From Chthonomonadales bacterium (lineage in GTDB: Bacteria > Armatimonadota > Chthonomonadetes > Chthonomonadales > Chthonomonadaceae), in NCBI GenBank assembly GCA_038217285.1, contig JBBQPO010000020.1, forward strand, positions 1-37,924: DNA of 37,924 bases. The letters run 5' to 3'. The notes under the pieces are model-generated. The model was given only the letters and a program-made list of their open reading frames with translations, ran no database searches and was not told the origin of the DNA. Shown here piece after piece: positions 8,902-18,311 of the stretch. The first letter of the stretch is position 1, and each line of letters starts with the position of its first letter. Made by a program: the position numbers and the translations under genes.

Positions 8902-9114
8902 ATGAACCTGCCCATCCCCAACGCCCAGGAAGTCGCTGAATTCCGCCGTCTCTACCAGGAGCGGCGGGGCGTCACGCTCGGCGACCAGGAAGCCCTTGAC
9001 CTCGCTACCCGGTTCCTCCACTTCTACTTCTTCTGCGTAACCCCGCCCCCATGCGATACGCCCTCTACGCACGAAAATCCACCGAAGGCGATGAGCGCCA
9101 GTCCAGTTCCATAG
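8902..9114 (+). CDS. small recombinase-associated protein (70 aa)
   Basis: Conserved in the second copy at 7447; overlaps the recombinase start in another frame. Confidence 0.7.
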   Translation: MNLPIPNAQEVAEFRRLYQERRGVTLGDQEALDLATRFLHFYFFCVTPPPCDTPSTHENPPKAMSASPVP

Positions 9115-10760
9115 CGGACCAGAAGCGCCGCGCCCTGGAGATCGTCCGCGCCAAGGGTATCCACGAGGTCGTTATCATCGAGGAGTCCCGCTCGGCCAAG
9201 GAGGAGGGGCGCCCGGAGTTCCGGAGGATGCTGGCGATGGCCGACGCCGGGGAGATCGACGGCATCCTGGCATGGCATCCGGACCGCCTCTCCCGCAACG
9301 AGATGGACGGGGCGGCGATCACGATGCGCCTGCGCAAGGGGATCCTCAAGGACATGCTGTTCGTCGAGTACTTCTTCCACAACTCGCCGGAGGGGATCAT
9401 GATGCTCCAGATGGCCCTGTCGCAGAGCCAGTACTACTCTTCCAAGCTGGTGATCGACGTGAATCGCGGCCTGCGCAGCAAGATCGAGATGGGATGGTCT
9501 CCCCACAGGGCTCCGCCGGGATACGTCAACAACACGAACGAGCTGAAAGGCCAGAAGACGATCTCTCCCGACCCTGTCCGCTTTCCTATCCTGCGGCGCG
9601 CCTTCGACCACGTCCTCTCCGGCGGCTACACGCCCGCGCAGGTATTGCGGCTCCTGAACGGGGAATGGGGCTATCGCACCCCGCTCACCCGGAAGCAGGG
9701 GGACATCCCGATGACCAAGGCGAGCTTCTACCGCATGCTGCTGAACCCGTTCTACGCCGGGTTCTTCGTCGAGCGGGGAACCCGGCACAAGGGAAGCCAC
9801 CGCCCCATGATCACGCCGGACGAGCACCGCAGGGTCAAGGGGATCCTGGGCGTCAAGGAGCGCCTGCAGCCCAAGCGCCATGCCTTTCCTTATACCGGCG
9901 CTATCCGCTGCCTGCAGTGCGGCTCCCTTATCACGGCCTACATGACTACCAACCGCTACGGGAAACAGTATGCCTATTACCGCTGCCTGCGCTGCACGGG
10001 GCACAACGTCTCCGAGCGCATCCTCCAGCGGCAGATCGACGCGGAGGTGGCGCGCATCCATGTCGTCGAGCCTGAGTTCCGGGCGTGGGCGCAGGAGGCG
10101 CTGGATCGCTTCTGGCAGGAGGACCGGGGTACGGACCGCTCGGTCCAGGAGCAGCAGGCCGCGAGCCTGGCGTCCATCGGGCGGCAGCTGGAGGCGCTGC
10201 TTACCGCGCTGACGAAGGGACTGGTAACGGAAGGGGAGTACGCGCAGAGGAAGGAGGCGCTGTCCGGCGAGCGCGCCCGCCTGCAGGAGGCGACAGTATC
10301 CGACCAGGAACGGGAAGGCCAGGCCCGTTCTACGATGGATAGCCTGCTCGGCTACGTGGCGAACGTCGGGGAGTGGATGGCGGACGGTCCTCCGGAGCAG
10401 CGGCGCGCCTGCCTGCGGTCATTCGGATCTAACTTTCGGCTGGACCGCAAGAAGTTGCTATGGGAGCCCCATTCCCTGCTCGTGCCGGTCCGTGAGAACT
10501 ATAAGCGGCTGTCGGTGGAATACTGGGCAATCAAACACAGCAAAACGCTCTCTGAGAGCGCCAAAACGGCACGTTTAGAGAGCGTTCGTTCCACATGGAG
10601 CGACATGTGGTACCTCAATCAAACTTTATGCCTGCGCAAGGGCCTGTCCTTTCCCAGCTTCTTACCCTGTATGCGGCTGACATCGTTGCCAGCCTCGTTA
10701 GGTAACGAATCAGATACGATATTGGCGACCGACGCCCGTAACGTTCAGGCGGTAGCGTAG
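9051..10760 (+). CDS. large serine recombinase (resolvase + recombinase + Zn-ribbon/coiled coil)
   Basis: YARKS catalytic Ser, DRLSRN, PPGY, LLNPFYAG, CxxCG...YYRC; C-terminal tail overlaps the convergent gene. Confidence 0.95.
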   Translation: MRYALYARKSTEGDERQSSSIADQKRRALEIVRAKGIHEVVIIEESRSAKEEGRPEFRRMLAMADAGEIDGILAWHPDRLSRNEMDGAAITMRLRKGILKDMLFVEYFFHNSPEGIMMLQMALSQSQYYSSKLVIDVNRGLRSKIEMGWSPHRAPPGYVNNTNELKGQKTISPDPVRFPILRRAFDHVLSGGYTPAQVLRLLNGEWGYRTPLTRKQGDIPMTKASFYRMLLNPFYAGFFVERGTRHKGSHRPMITPDEHRRVKGILGVKERLQPKRHAFPYTGAIRCLQCGSLITAYMTTNRYGKQYAYYRCLRCTGHNVSERILQRQIDAEVARIHVVEPEFRAWAQEALDRFWQEDRGTDRSVQEQQAASLASIGRQLEALLTALTKGLVTEGEYAQRKEALSGERARLQEATVSDQEREGQARSTMDSLLGYVANVGEWMADGPPEQRRACLRSFGSNFRLDRKKLLWEPHSLLVPVRENYKRLSVEYWAIKHSKTLSESAKTARLESVRSTWSDMWYLNQTLCLRKGLSFPSFLPCMRLTSLPASLGNESDTILATDARNVQAVA

Positions 10761-11300
10761 CAATTCCGTGCTAACCTTGAAATGGTCGCACATCCTGTCC
10801 CGCGACCACCCTCCGGCAGCATGGTACGCCAAGGCTGGACGCGGCAGCAGAAGGCAGCCTGCAAGCCAGTTCGCCTCTGACTCCTGGACTTCGTTGAACG
10901 AACGGAACGCTACGCCAATTTCGTCCATCATCAGCAGCTGGGCTGGCACGTGCTTTCTGATTATGTGCGCCAGTTCGTGCATGAGGTCGCTGACCTGTCT
11001 GGCGGGGACGTGAGAAGGATTGAGGACAACGACGTCCTTGCTCGCCGCCCGCACCGTTACCGCTGACCACTCGTCCCCTTCAGGCGACACGAGATAGCTC
11101 GCGGCGTCAACGCTCAGGCCGGGCACGTCCCCCGGGTTCCACACAAGAACGTCGAGATGCTTGGCAAGTACGGTAGGGGATAACGGCTCGAATTGTTTCA
11201 GGTTCAGGCTTGATCGTACCGTAACCGCTGTGTTCTCCGACCACGTCTTGAAGCCGCGCTCAAATTTTGTCTGCTGACTGTCTGTGACTGCCAGATTCAT
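10710..11300 (-). CDS. ImmA/IrrE-family Zn metallopeptidase (CapP-like)
   Basis: HELAH (HExxH) and QESEANWLAGCLLLP; overlaps the XRE gene stop. Confidence 0.9.
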   Translation of the reverse strand: MNLAVTDSQQTKFERGFKTWSENTAVTVRSSLNLKQFEPLSPTVLAKHLDVLVWNPGDVPGLSVDAASYLVSPEGDEWSAVTVRAASKDVVVLNPSHVPARQVSDLMHELAHIIRKHVPAQLLMMDEIGVAFRSFNEVQESEANWLAGCLLLPRPALAYHAAGGWSRDRMCDHFKVSTELLRYRLNVTGVGRQYRI

Positions 11301-11659
11301 CCCTGAGTACCCTGCTCCATGGCGCGCTGCACCGCTAGTATTAGTTCAGCAAGTCGCTGCGCCGTTTCTGTATTCATGGTCTTTTCTGCTCGGAAGTGCG
11401 CGAACACGGCTGGTCCAAATCCAGCGGGAGTCTCTTCAGCGGAGCTTGTGGGCATCGCGCAGCCCAGCACTTCTCCTGCGTCTATGCCAAGCCATAGGCA
11501 GATCTTCGCGAACGTATCTAAGTCAGGTTGCTTGCCTGACTCGACCCGGCTCAGGGTGGCGGCGCTGGTGCCTATTTCAGCTGCCACGGCGCGAATGCCG
11601 CGGTTGCCCCTCTTCTCTTTGAGCATCGGCCCAAGTTGCTCGAGCGTGATTCGACTCAT
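11297..11659 (-). CDS. XRE HTH repressor (CapH-like)
   Basis: GIRAVAAEIGTSAATLSRVESGKQPD HTH; immediately upstream of the peptidase and divergent from the defence operon. Confidence 0.9.
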   Translation of the reverse strand: MSRITLEQLGPMLKEKRGNRGIRAVAAEIGTSAATLSRVESGKQPDLDTFAKICLWLGIDAGEVLGCAMPTSSAEETPAGFGPAVFAHFRAEKTMNTETAQRLAELILAVQRAMEQGTQG

Positions 11660-11678
11660 ATTTTGTCCTTTTGCGGGT

Positions 11679-11716
11679 GTTTCACTATTGCAACAGTGTA
11701 TTATATACGGTACAAT
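11679..11716 (+). promoter_or_regulatory. sigma70-type promoter of the MBL operon with an overlapping palindrome
   Basis: TTGCAA-N17-TACAAT (11688-11716); TGTTTC-ACTATT-GCAACA overlaps the -35. Confidence 0.6.
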
Positions 11717-11832
11717 ATGTATGACTAGTAAGACATCGTCTCATTAAGATACGCGTCCATCTTACCACATTCCTGCATTAAGATACTAAGACATGAGTTC
11801 ACTAGCCCGTACGCTTGCCTGAGCAAGGAGAC

Positions 11833-12957
11833 ATGATGCACAAACTTACCTTCCATCCCCTCGGAAATGCCGACTCGACCCGGATTGATCTGGACGGCGG
11901 CATGAAGATTCTTATCGACTATGCCGACATGCGAAACGCGCAGGACAGCGCCGACAAGCGGGTCGACCTCCCTGCCCTCCTGCGGGCGGACCTCGATACC
12001 AGAAACTACTACGACGTGGTCGCCTTCACCCATCTGGACGACGACCACATCCATGGCTCTTCGAGCTTCTTCTATCTTGAGCATGCGTTGAAATACCAGG
12101 ACGAGACCCCGAACAAACGCATCCGCATGAACGAGATGTGGGTTCCGGCCTCCGTTATCGTCGAGGAGCAGTGCGAGGACGAGACGCGCATCATCCAGGC
12201 GGAAGCGCGGCATAGGTTTACCGTCCTCAAGGACCGGATTCGGGTGATCTCCAAACCCGATCGTCTCAAAGAGTGGGTCAGGACGCGGGGCATCGCCTGG
12301 GAGTCGGTCGCCCACCTGATCGTCGACGCAGGAAAAACCGTCCCAGGCTTCACCAAAGCCGAGCAGGGCGTCGAGTTTTTCATCCATTCTCCGTTCTCAG
12401 GCCACGTCGACGCCGGAACGACCGTAGACCGCAACAACTGCTCCCTGGTCTTCCAGGCGACGTTTGTGTCCGGTTTCCGCGAGACGCAACTGATCCTCAG
12501 CGGGGACGTCGAAGACGAGGTGCTTGCGGACATCGTCCGGGTGACGCGCTACCACGGAAACGAGCAGCGGCTCGCCTGGGACGTCATCAAGATACCCCAC
12601 CATTGCAGCTACAAAGCGTTGAACAAAGCGGACAAGGGAAAGGACGAGACCGTCCCGCTCGATTCCGTAAAGTGGCTGTACGAGCAGGGCAAGAGCAGGG
12701 GCATCATCGTCTCCACAAGCTGGCCTGTCCCGACCGACGATGCCAACGCCCAGCCGCCGCACCGCCAGGCAGCCAACTATTACAAGAGGCGGGCTTCCGT
12801 GATCGGCGGCGAGTTCGTCGTCCCCATGGAGGAGCCGACGAAACAGAAGCCCGAAGTCCTGGTCATCGAGATCGATTCGCTGGGAGCGCGCAGGAAAAAG
12901 CAGATCGTCGGCGGCGTTGCGGCGGTAATTTCCCGGCCAGCCCCAAGGGTAGGATAG
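11833..12957 (+). CDS. metallo-beta-lactamase-fold (ComEC-like) protein of a 6A-MBL-type system
   Basis: AAGGAG RBS; GNADS, THLDDDH, SGD, IPHHCS motifs; C-terminus RPAPRVG ends in Gly. Confidence 0.88.
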   Translation: MMHKLTFHPLGNADSTRIDLDGGMKILIDYADMRNAQDSADKRVDLPALLRADLDTRNYYDVVAFTHLDDDHIHGSSSFFYLEHALKYQDETPNKRIRMNEMWVPASVIVEEQCEDETRIIQAEARHRFTVLKDRIRVISKPDRLKEWVRTRGIAWESVAHLIVDAGKTVPGFTKAEQGVEFFIHSPFSGHVDAGTTVDRNNCSLVFQATFVSGFRETQLILSGDVEDEVLADIVRVTRYHGNEQRLAWDVIKIPHHCSYKALNKADKGKDETVPLDSVKWLYEQGKSRGIIVSTSWPVPTDDANAQPPHRQAANYYKRRASVIGGEFVVPMEEPTKQKPEVLVIEIDSLGARRKKQIVGGVAAVISRPAPRVG

Positions 12958-12961
12958 CCAG

Positions 12962-15226
12962 ATGAGTGGCACCGACTACCTGCCGCTGCTTGGGCAGAGC
13001 ACATCCCCGGACGATCTGATCGTTCCGAAGGCGAGGGAACTCGTACGTCTCCTCGAAGCCGACCCGCCCCTTCCGTTCGTTGCGCTGGCGGAATGCCGGC
13101 GTAAAACTGCGGCAGACGGGACTCTTCTGTGGGAAGGAATCGTTTGCGACGTAGAGGCGGAACTTCCGCAGGACCGCCTCTACGATCTCCGAACGGTTGA
13201 GCGCGTCGCCGCCGTGTTTTATGCCACTGACGCCACCTATCCCGACGTTATAGCGCTCCGCCCCGACTTCCCGTTCGCCCCGCATCAGAACGTTCGCGAA
13301 GAGAGGATTCCGAGAAGCCTGTGCCTCTACGAGGAACCGTATCCTGAGGTAAGGCTTAGTTGGACACCCATCGATTTTGTCGAGCGCATCCGCCTGTGGC
13401 TTACCGGCACGGCGACCGGCACGCTCCACCATGCGGATCAGCCCTTAGAGCAACTTATCGGAGGGCATTTCGCTCACCTGGTACTGCCTGCCGACATTTT
13501 TTCGCCGGAGGCCGCTTCTACTATGGAAGTGCTGGACGTAGGAACCGTCGACGCGAGCGAGCAGTTCCTCATCGCGTCCCGCCAGACCGACGAGGCGGCC
13601 CATCAGAACGGCCCCTTTGTCGCGCTCCTTGTCGTTGCGCCTCCCCAGCAGCACGGCATTATCGAGTGCCTGCCTCCCGATCTGGCATCGCTCCACGAAT
13701 TCCTCGCCAAGACCGGCCTCGACCTGCGGGCCATCGTGCGGGATCACATACGGACATGGCTCCCGAACAAGGAAGTCTTGTCCAAAAGGCTGATCCTGGT
13801 CGTCAGCCTGCCTAAGACGCGGGAACTGGGAGGAGCCGTGGAGGTGCTCGAAACGTGGGCCTTCCTCATGCTGGATACGGTACAGGAAGTCGGAGCCCGC
13901 CTCGGTATGCTGGCCGCACAGGGAGGAGTATACGTGCCCCTGATTACCGGCCCTGAGTTGGACGGGGGCGATTGCCAGCTTCTTATGCTTAAGCCTGCCC
14001 TGGGATTCGACAGGGCGGCGGCAGCGCGCATGAACGGAAGCGACGCGCGCTGTGGAAAGCGGATCGTTGCCATCGGCATGGGCGCCCTCGGTTCTCAAGT
14101 CTTCATGAACCTGGTGCGCAGTGCATGGGGCGAGTGGACCGTGGTCGACAAGGACCGGCTGATGCCTCACAACCTGAGTCGGCACGCCCTGCCCGGAGGC
14201 ACCGTCGGGCTACCGAAGGCCGAAGCGATGGCACTGCTTGCAAACTCCACGGTCGAAGGCGAACCCGTCGCTCGGCCGATTACCGCCGATGTGCTACTTC
14301 CTGGGGAACAGTCCGCCGAACTCGAAGCGGCCTTCGGCCACGCTGACCTTATACTCGATATGTCCGCTTCTGTGCCCGTGGAACGTCATCTTGCCCGTGG
14401 CGTATCAGCGTCTGCCCGGCGTGCGTCCCTGTTCCTGAATCCCTCCGGATCTGACCTTGTTATGCTCTTCGAAGACGCCGAGCGGCATATCTCACTTGAT
14501 TTCCTTGAGATGCAGTACTATCGCCACTTGGCCGCGACCGAAGCCTTGTCCTCACATATGGCTAAGGCGGCTGGGCAGGTGCGGTACGCCCGCTCGTGTG
14601 GCGATCTCAGCACGGTGCTGCCTTCGCACCTGATTTCATTCTTTGCCGCTGTCGCGAGCGCCGCGATTCAGGAAGGAGCCAACCGAGACCAGGCTACAAT
14701 CAGTGTCTGGCATACGGACGGCAATCCCGCGAACGGCATGACGCGGCATGATGTCATTGCAGTTGATCCTGTTGTGTTTCGAGCCGGGGAATGGGAAATC
14801 GTTACCGACGCATCAGTTGTTGCCAAGATCGCGGAACAGAGGGCAAAGCGTCTGCCGAACGAGACCGGCGGCGTCCTAATCGGCAGCATCGACACGGAGC
14901 GGAAGGTTATCTACATCGTCGATACGATCCTTTCGCCGTCTGACAGCGTAGAATGGCCGACGCTCTATGTGCGTGGCTTTGTGGGACTGGGTACGGAGAT
15001 CGAGCGCTTCGGCCGACTCAGCGGGAACTGGCTGGGGTACATAGGTGAGTGGCACTCCCACCCGGATGGGTACGGAACCGCACCGAGTCCTGACGACAGG
15101 AGCGCCTTCGAATGGCTTACGCGCCAAATGGTCGCTGAAGGCCGCCCGGCGCTCATGCTTATCGCCGGGGAAAGAGAGATGGGCATCTATGTTGACCGCC
15201 TGCCAGCGGATCTATTGCAGCCTTGA
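12962..15226 (+). CDS. E2-E1(ThiF)-JAB fusion (Cap2/Cap3-like)
   Basis: E2: PHQN...LCLY; E1: GMGALGS, DKD...HNLSRH, K, RYARSC; JAB: ETGGVLIG, GEWHSHP...PSPDD. Confidence 0.92.
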   Translation: MSGTDYLPLLGQSTSPDDLIVPKARELVRLLEADPPLPFVALAECRRKTAADGTLLWEGIVCDVEAELPQDRLYDLRTVERVAAVFYATDATYPDVIALRPDFPFAPHQNVREERIPRSLCLYEEPYPEVRLSWTPIDFVERIRLWLTGTATGTLHHADQPLEQLIGGHFAHLVLPADIFSPEAASTMEVLDVGTVDASEQFLIASRQTDEAAHQNGPFVALLVVAPPQQHGIIECLPPDLASLHEFLAKTGLDLRAIVRDHIRTWLPNKEVLSKRLILVVSLPKTRELGGAVEVLETWAFLMLDTVQEVGARLGMLAAQGGVYVPLITGPELDGGDCQLLMLKPALGFDRAAAARMNGSDARCGKRIVAIGMGALGSQVFMNLVRSAWGEWTVVDKDRLMPHNLSRHALPGGTVGLPKAEAMALLANSTVEGEPVARPITADVLLPGEQSAELEAAFGHADLILDMSASVPVERHLARGVSASARRASLFLNPSGSDLVMLFEDAERHISLDFLEMQYYRHLAATEALSSHMAKAAGQVRYARSCGDLSTVLPSHLISFFAAVASAAIQEGANRDQATISVWHTDGNPANGMTRHDVIAVDPVVFRAGEWEIVTDASVVAKIAEQRAKRLPNETGGVLIGSIDTERKVIYIVDTILSPSDSVEWPTLYVRGFVGLGTEIERFGRLSGNWLGYIGEWHSHPDGYGTAPSPDDRSAFEWLTRQMVAEGRPALMLIAGEREMGIYVDRLPADLLQP

Positions 15227-15497
15227 CTCCGAATGCATGCATGCCAGGAGCCGTGTGGCCAACGCGATGGAACGGGCAGCCGGCCAAGCACAGCCAACTT
15301 TTGGCCATGGCGGCAGATTATGATCGGTGGCGATACGGTATAATCGTGAAGCGATGAAGATGGCAGAATTAGACCGTGAGATGTATGCCAACTCAGATGG
15401 ATCTCCGCACGCCATACGCGCATTAGGACCGGGCATGACAGCCTGATCGTCGACCGCGTGACCGGCGACCTTACTTACAAGATACGGACATCAAAAC

Positions 15498-16367
15498 ATG
15501 AGCGAGACACCCGGAAACCGGCCTCCCCTAGATGTTGAACAGGCGATCGACGTCGTGCTTGCTGCCGCTGCGCATCGTTCCCGGGACGAGCGGCACCGCG
15601 AGTTCGGCAAATGGGTGCTGGAGCGTTATTTCACCAGCTTGCGCGAGGAGTGCAAAGCGGACCTGACGGCAAAGGGGTACCTCGACAACCTCATTGCTTC
15701 AATGGCGAGCGCGGTCCGGGCCTTTTCCGTGGAGCGCGACATCTTCGCGACCAGGTGGTCCGCGCTCGAGAAGGAAAAGCAAGGGCAGATCGAAGCCGCT
15801 AACCGTATCCTGGACTATGCGCCGCTCAAGGAGAAAGGGGTTTGGGGCAAGGCCATCGGGGCCATAGGCGGCAGCGGTATGCTGGTGGCGCTCAGGGCAC
15901 AGTTCCTGCTGAAAGCAAAGGCCGCCCCCTGGATCCCCCTGGCGTTCGCCGCAGCGGGAGCTGTAATCGGTATCGTCCTGCTCGAGATATTGGTCAACCT
16001 GTACCATGACCGCCAGCGCGACAAGATCGAAGACCGGTTTCCGGACCGGATCCAGGAGACGTGGCGGACGGAGACGCTCGTCTCGTACCGGCGGATCATG
16101 CGGCAATTCCTCATCTCAGCACTCAAGATTCGCGAGGAGTATTACCCGGACTTGAGCAGCGTCAGTGGGATGCGCCTGAGCGAACTGCAAGGCTTTCCCC
16201 ACGTCCAGTTTGCGGGGGAGAAAGCCGAGGGTGACACGCCCTGGGCGGCAATAGACGCGTCTATCGATCCGATCATCGAACGCCATTTCGCCTTCGACAC
16301 CAAAGCGAGCATGGTCGAGTATCCTGTACGGCTGAATTTTTGGCCGTTCAACAGGAAGAAGGGGTAG
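15498..16367 (+). CDS. hypothetical protein with about two transmembrane helices
   Basis: 289-aa ORF with two central hydrophobic segments; TATAAT at ~15339. Confidence 0.75.
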   Translation: MSETPGNRPPLDVEQAIDVVLAAAAHRSRDERHREFGKWVLERYFTSLREECKADLTAKGYLDNLIASMASAVRAFSVERDIFATRWSALEKEKQGQIEAANRILDYAPLKEKGVWGKAIGAIGGSGMLVALRAQFLLKAKAAPWIPLAFAAAGAVIGIVLLEILVNLYHDRQRDKIEDRFPDRIQETWRTETLVSYRRIMRQFLISALKIREEYYPDLSSVSGMRLSELQGFPHVQFAGEKAEGDTPWAAIDASIDPIIERHFAFDTKASMVEYPVRLNFWPFNRKKG

Positions 16368-16480
16368 GCCCATTCGTGATCAGACGCCACCGCTATTAGT
16401 TTGCATTGCCAATGCATGTGGGCTCTCTCGACCAACAGACGCAATATAAGTGCCAGCATACCGATGCTGGTTTCGGCCGA

Positions 16481-17407
16481 TCAGTTGCGTTGCGAAGGAT
16501 TGCTTTTCCGTGATTTCGCCATCATCCGGTCCGCTAACTGCTCCAGTAGCCGGCGGAGGGGCTCGTGAGTGAAGGCATTGACAGTGAGCGCCACGGCAGC
16601 CGCAGCGACGTGCTGCCCGGCTGGGTCTCCCAGCGGCAGCAGGCGGGTGAGAGACTCGACCGCCACCTGGTAGAGCTCGACGGCGAAGGCGACCAGCACC
16701 CCGTAGACCAGTGTCGCGCGCACCAGTACCCGCACGTCGAAGAGGTGGTGGATCGTTGCGGCGTAGGCGACCGCAGCCAGGAAGAAGATGGTGGAGAGAG
16801 TACCGGCATCGATGAACCGGAAGTCCCCGTAGAAGTAGGGCAGCACGGCGTTGGCGACGATCCCGACCGCGCTGGTCGCCAGGATACCGACGCCGACCAG
16901 CCGCAACTGCGTCCGCACCTCTCCGGGCAGTGCAGGGTTTGTCCGGAACGCCGTCACCAGCGCCGCCACGGCGAAGCCGATGAGATGGGCGATGTACAGC
17001 GGGAAGAGCGGTCCGTAGGAGGTGACGTGCTGCGCTCCGGCAAGTGCTTATGCCCGGTCTACGGCCCCGGTCAGCAGCGAGAGGAGCGCCAGCGCCAGTC
17101 CTTCCAGCCAGATCCAGGTATCGATGCGCGACGGCCTGCTCCGGGCGAGCGCCCGCACGAAGGAAAGCGCGGCCGGAGCGATCAGGACCGCCGCCGCGAA
17201 TTTGGCGCGCCCGAGCCAGAGCAGGCCCGTTCCCGGAGCCTCGGAAGAGAACAGGAACAGCGTTCCCACCCAACCGAGGAGTGCCGCCGCCAAGGCGGCG
17301 TAGGAGGCGTTGAGCCGGGCGAAAGGATCGCGCGACCAGATGTAGAGCGCGGATCCGAAGAGGAAGGCCAGGCAAAGGAGGTAGAGCGAGGCGACGAGCA
17401 GCGACAT
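16481..17407 (-). pseudogene. HisKA_7TM-like multi-pass sensor without a kinase domain, with in-frame nonsense codon
   Basis: ORFs 17048-17407 and 16481-16969 are in the same frame, separated by a single TAA (17050-17048); motifs TSYGPLFPLY and YAATIHHLFDVRV. Confidence 0.8.
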
Positions 17408-17483
17408 GGGGCAGAATGTGACTAATAGGTTCGGTCGTACCTGTCGGCCGGCCGGAAGCCCGGCCGCCTACGCAACGCCTCCA

Positions 17484-18122
17484 CTATGGCAGAGCGGGCT
17501 TAGGCGCGCAACGGCCTTCGGCAGGGCGTACGGCTTGGAGAACCATGTCGCGGTACATCGGCGAGCGCAGCGCCCGGACAAGCATCGTTCCGGCGAGCGT
17601 ACAGACGTCCATCCGGCACAGGTAGCACTCATCGCCCCAGTGCCGGCGCAGGTCCCCGACTATCTCCAGGGGCCAGCCGACCCGCCGGTAGCGATCCAGC
17701 ATCCCTGGCGTAGCCTCGATCACCAGGCCGTCGATTCCTTCCTGTATACAAAGCCGCCACGCCTCCGAGCAGAGCATCCAGAACAGCGTAGGCCGTCCCC
17801 TATGCTCCCTGCGGACTGCCAGGACGGTCGCATGGGCCGTGCGGCCCGGCACGGCGGTTTCCGGCCAGACCGCCAAGTAGGGAAGACACCCGGCTGCGTC
17901 AGGCAGTACGATCTGCAAGCCTCCTGCCAGCTCCCCGCCGACCGTTACGGCGAGATAGCGGACGGCTGGGTATTCGGCACGCAGCTTCCCTTCCGGCTGC
18001 CATCCCTCCTCGGCGGCGACCTGCTCGAACAGCCCCATAAGGGTTTCCACGTCCGCATCGGCCGTAAGGCGGTCGACCGAAACGCCCGCCTGCCCCCTTC
18101 CCGTCCGCGTTATCGTCTCCAC
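17484..18122 (-). CDS. GNAT-fold acyltransferase, LuxI/FeeM (N-acyl amide synthase)-like
   Basis: LAGGLQIV, LAVRREHRG, GIDGLVIEATP, YRRVGWPLEIVG pattern; purine-rich RBS before GTG. Confidence 0.65.
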   Translation of the reverse strand: METITRTGRGQAGVSVDRLTADADVETLMGLFEQVAAEEGWQPEGKLRAEYPAVRYLAVTVGGELAGGLQIVLPDAAGCLPYLAVWPETAVPGRTAHATVLAVRREHRGRPTLFWMLCSEAWRLCIQEGIDGLVIEATPGMLDRYRRVGWPLEIVGDLRRHWGDECYLCRMDVCTLAGTMLVRALRSPMYRDMVLQAVRPAEGRCAPKPALP

Positions 18123-18233
18123 GGCGTTTCCTGCCTCTTCCTTTCCAAGCCTCCTCCGACCGGCCTGCCCATGATCTGGTGCCCGCTGACGGAAGGGTGG
18201 TCCGCCGTCTCTTTATCTATAAGTATACCTTAT

Positions 18234-18253
18234 ATATCCTTACTTAGGGATAT
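18234..18253. promoter_or_regulatory. 20-bp imperfect palindrome, candidate operator
   Basis: ATATCCTTACTTAGGGATAT in the AT-rich gap between the divergent GNAT and XRE genes. Confidence 0.5.
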
Positions 18254-18311
18254 GTTCAGCCGAGCGTTTTGCGATAATGGGGCAGCCTATAGGAAGCGGA
18301 CCCGAAACGCC

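Noticed and set aside
11679-11694. GTTTC-N6-GCAAC as a member of the 28-nt-spacer regulon
   Set aside because: It overlaps a canonical -35 and has no -10 at the fixed spacing; more likely the local XRE operator, though cross-talk is not excluded
11833-15226. CBASS or Pycsar system
   Set aside because: No nucleotidyltransferase or cyclase gene; the partner is an MBL-fold protein
17406-18311. N-terminal 300 aa of the 404-aa ORF
   Set aside because: Antisense shadow of the GNAT gene; the XRE starts at 18312
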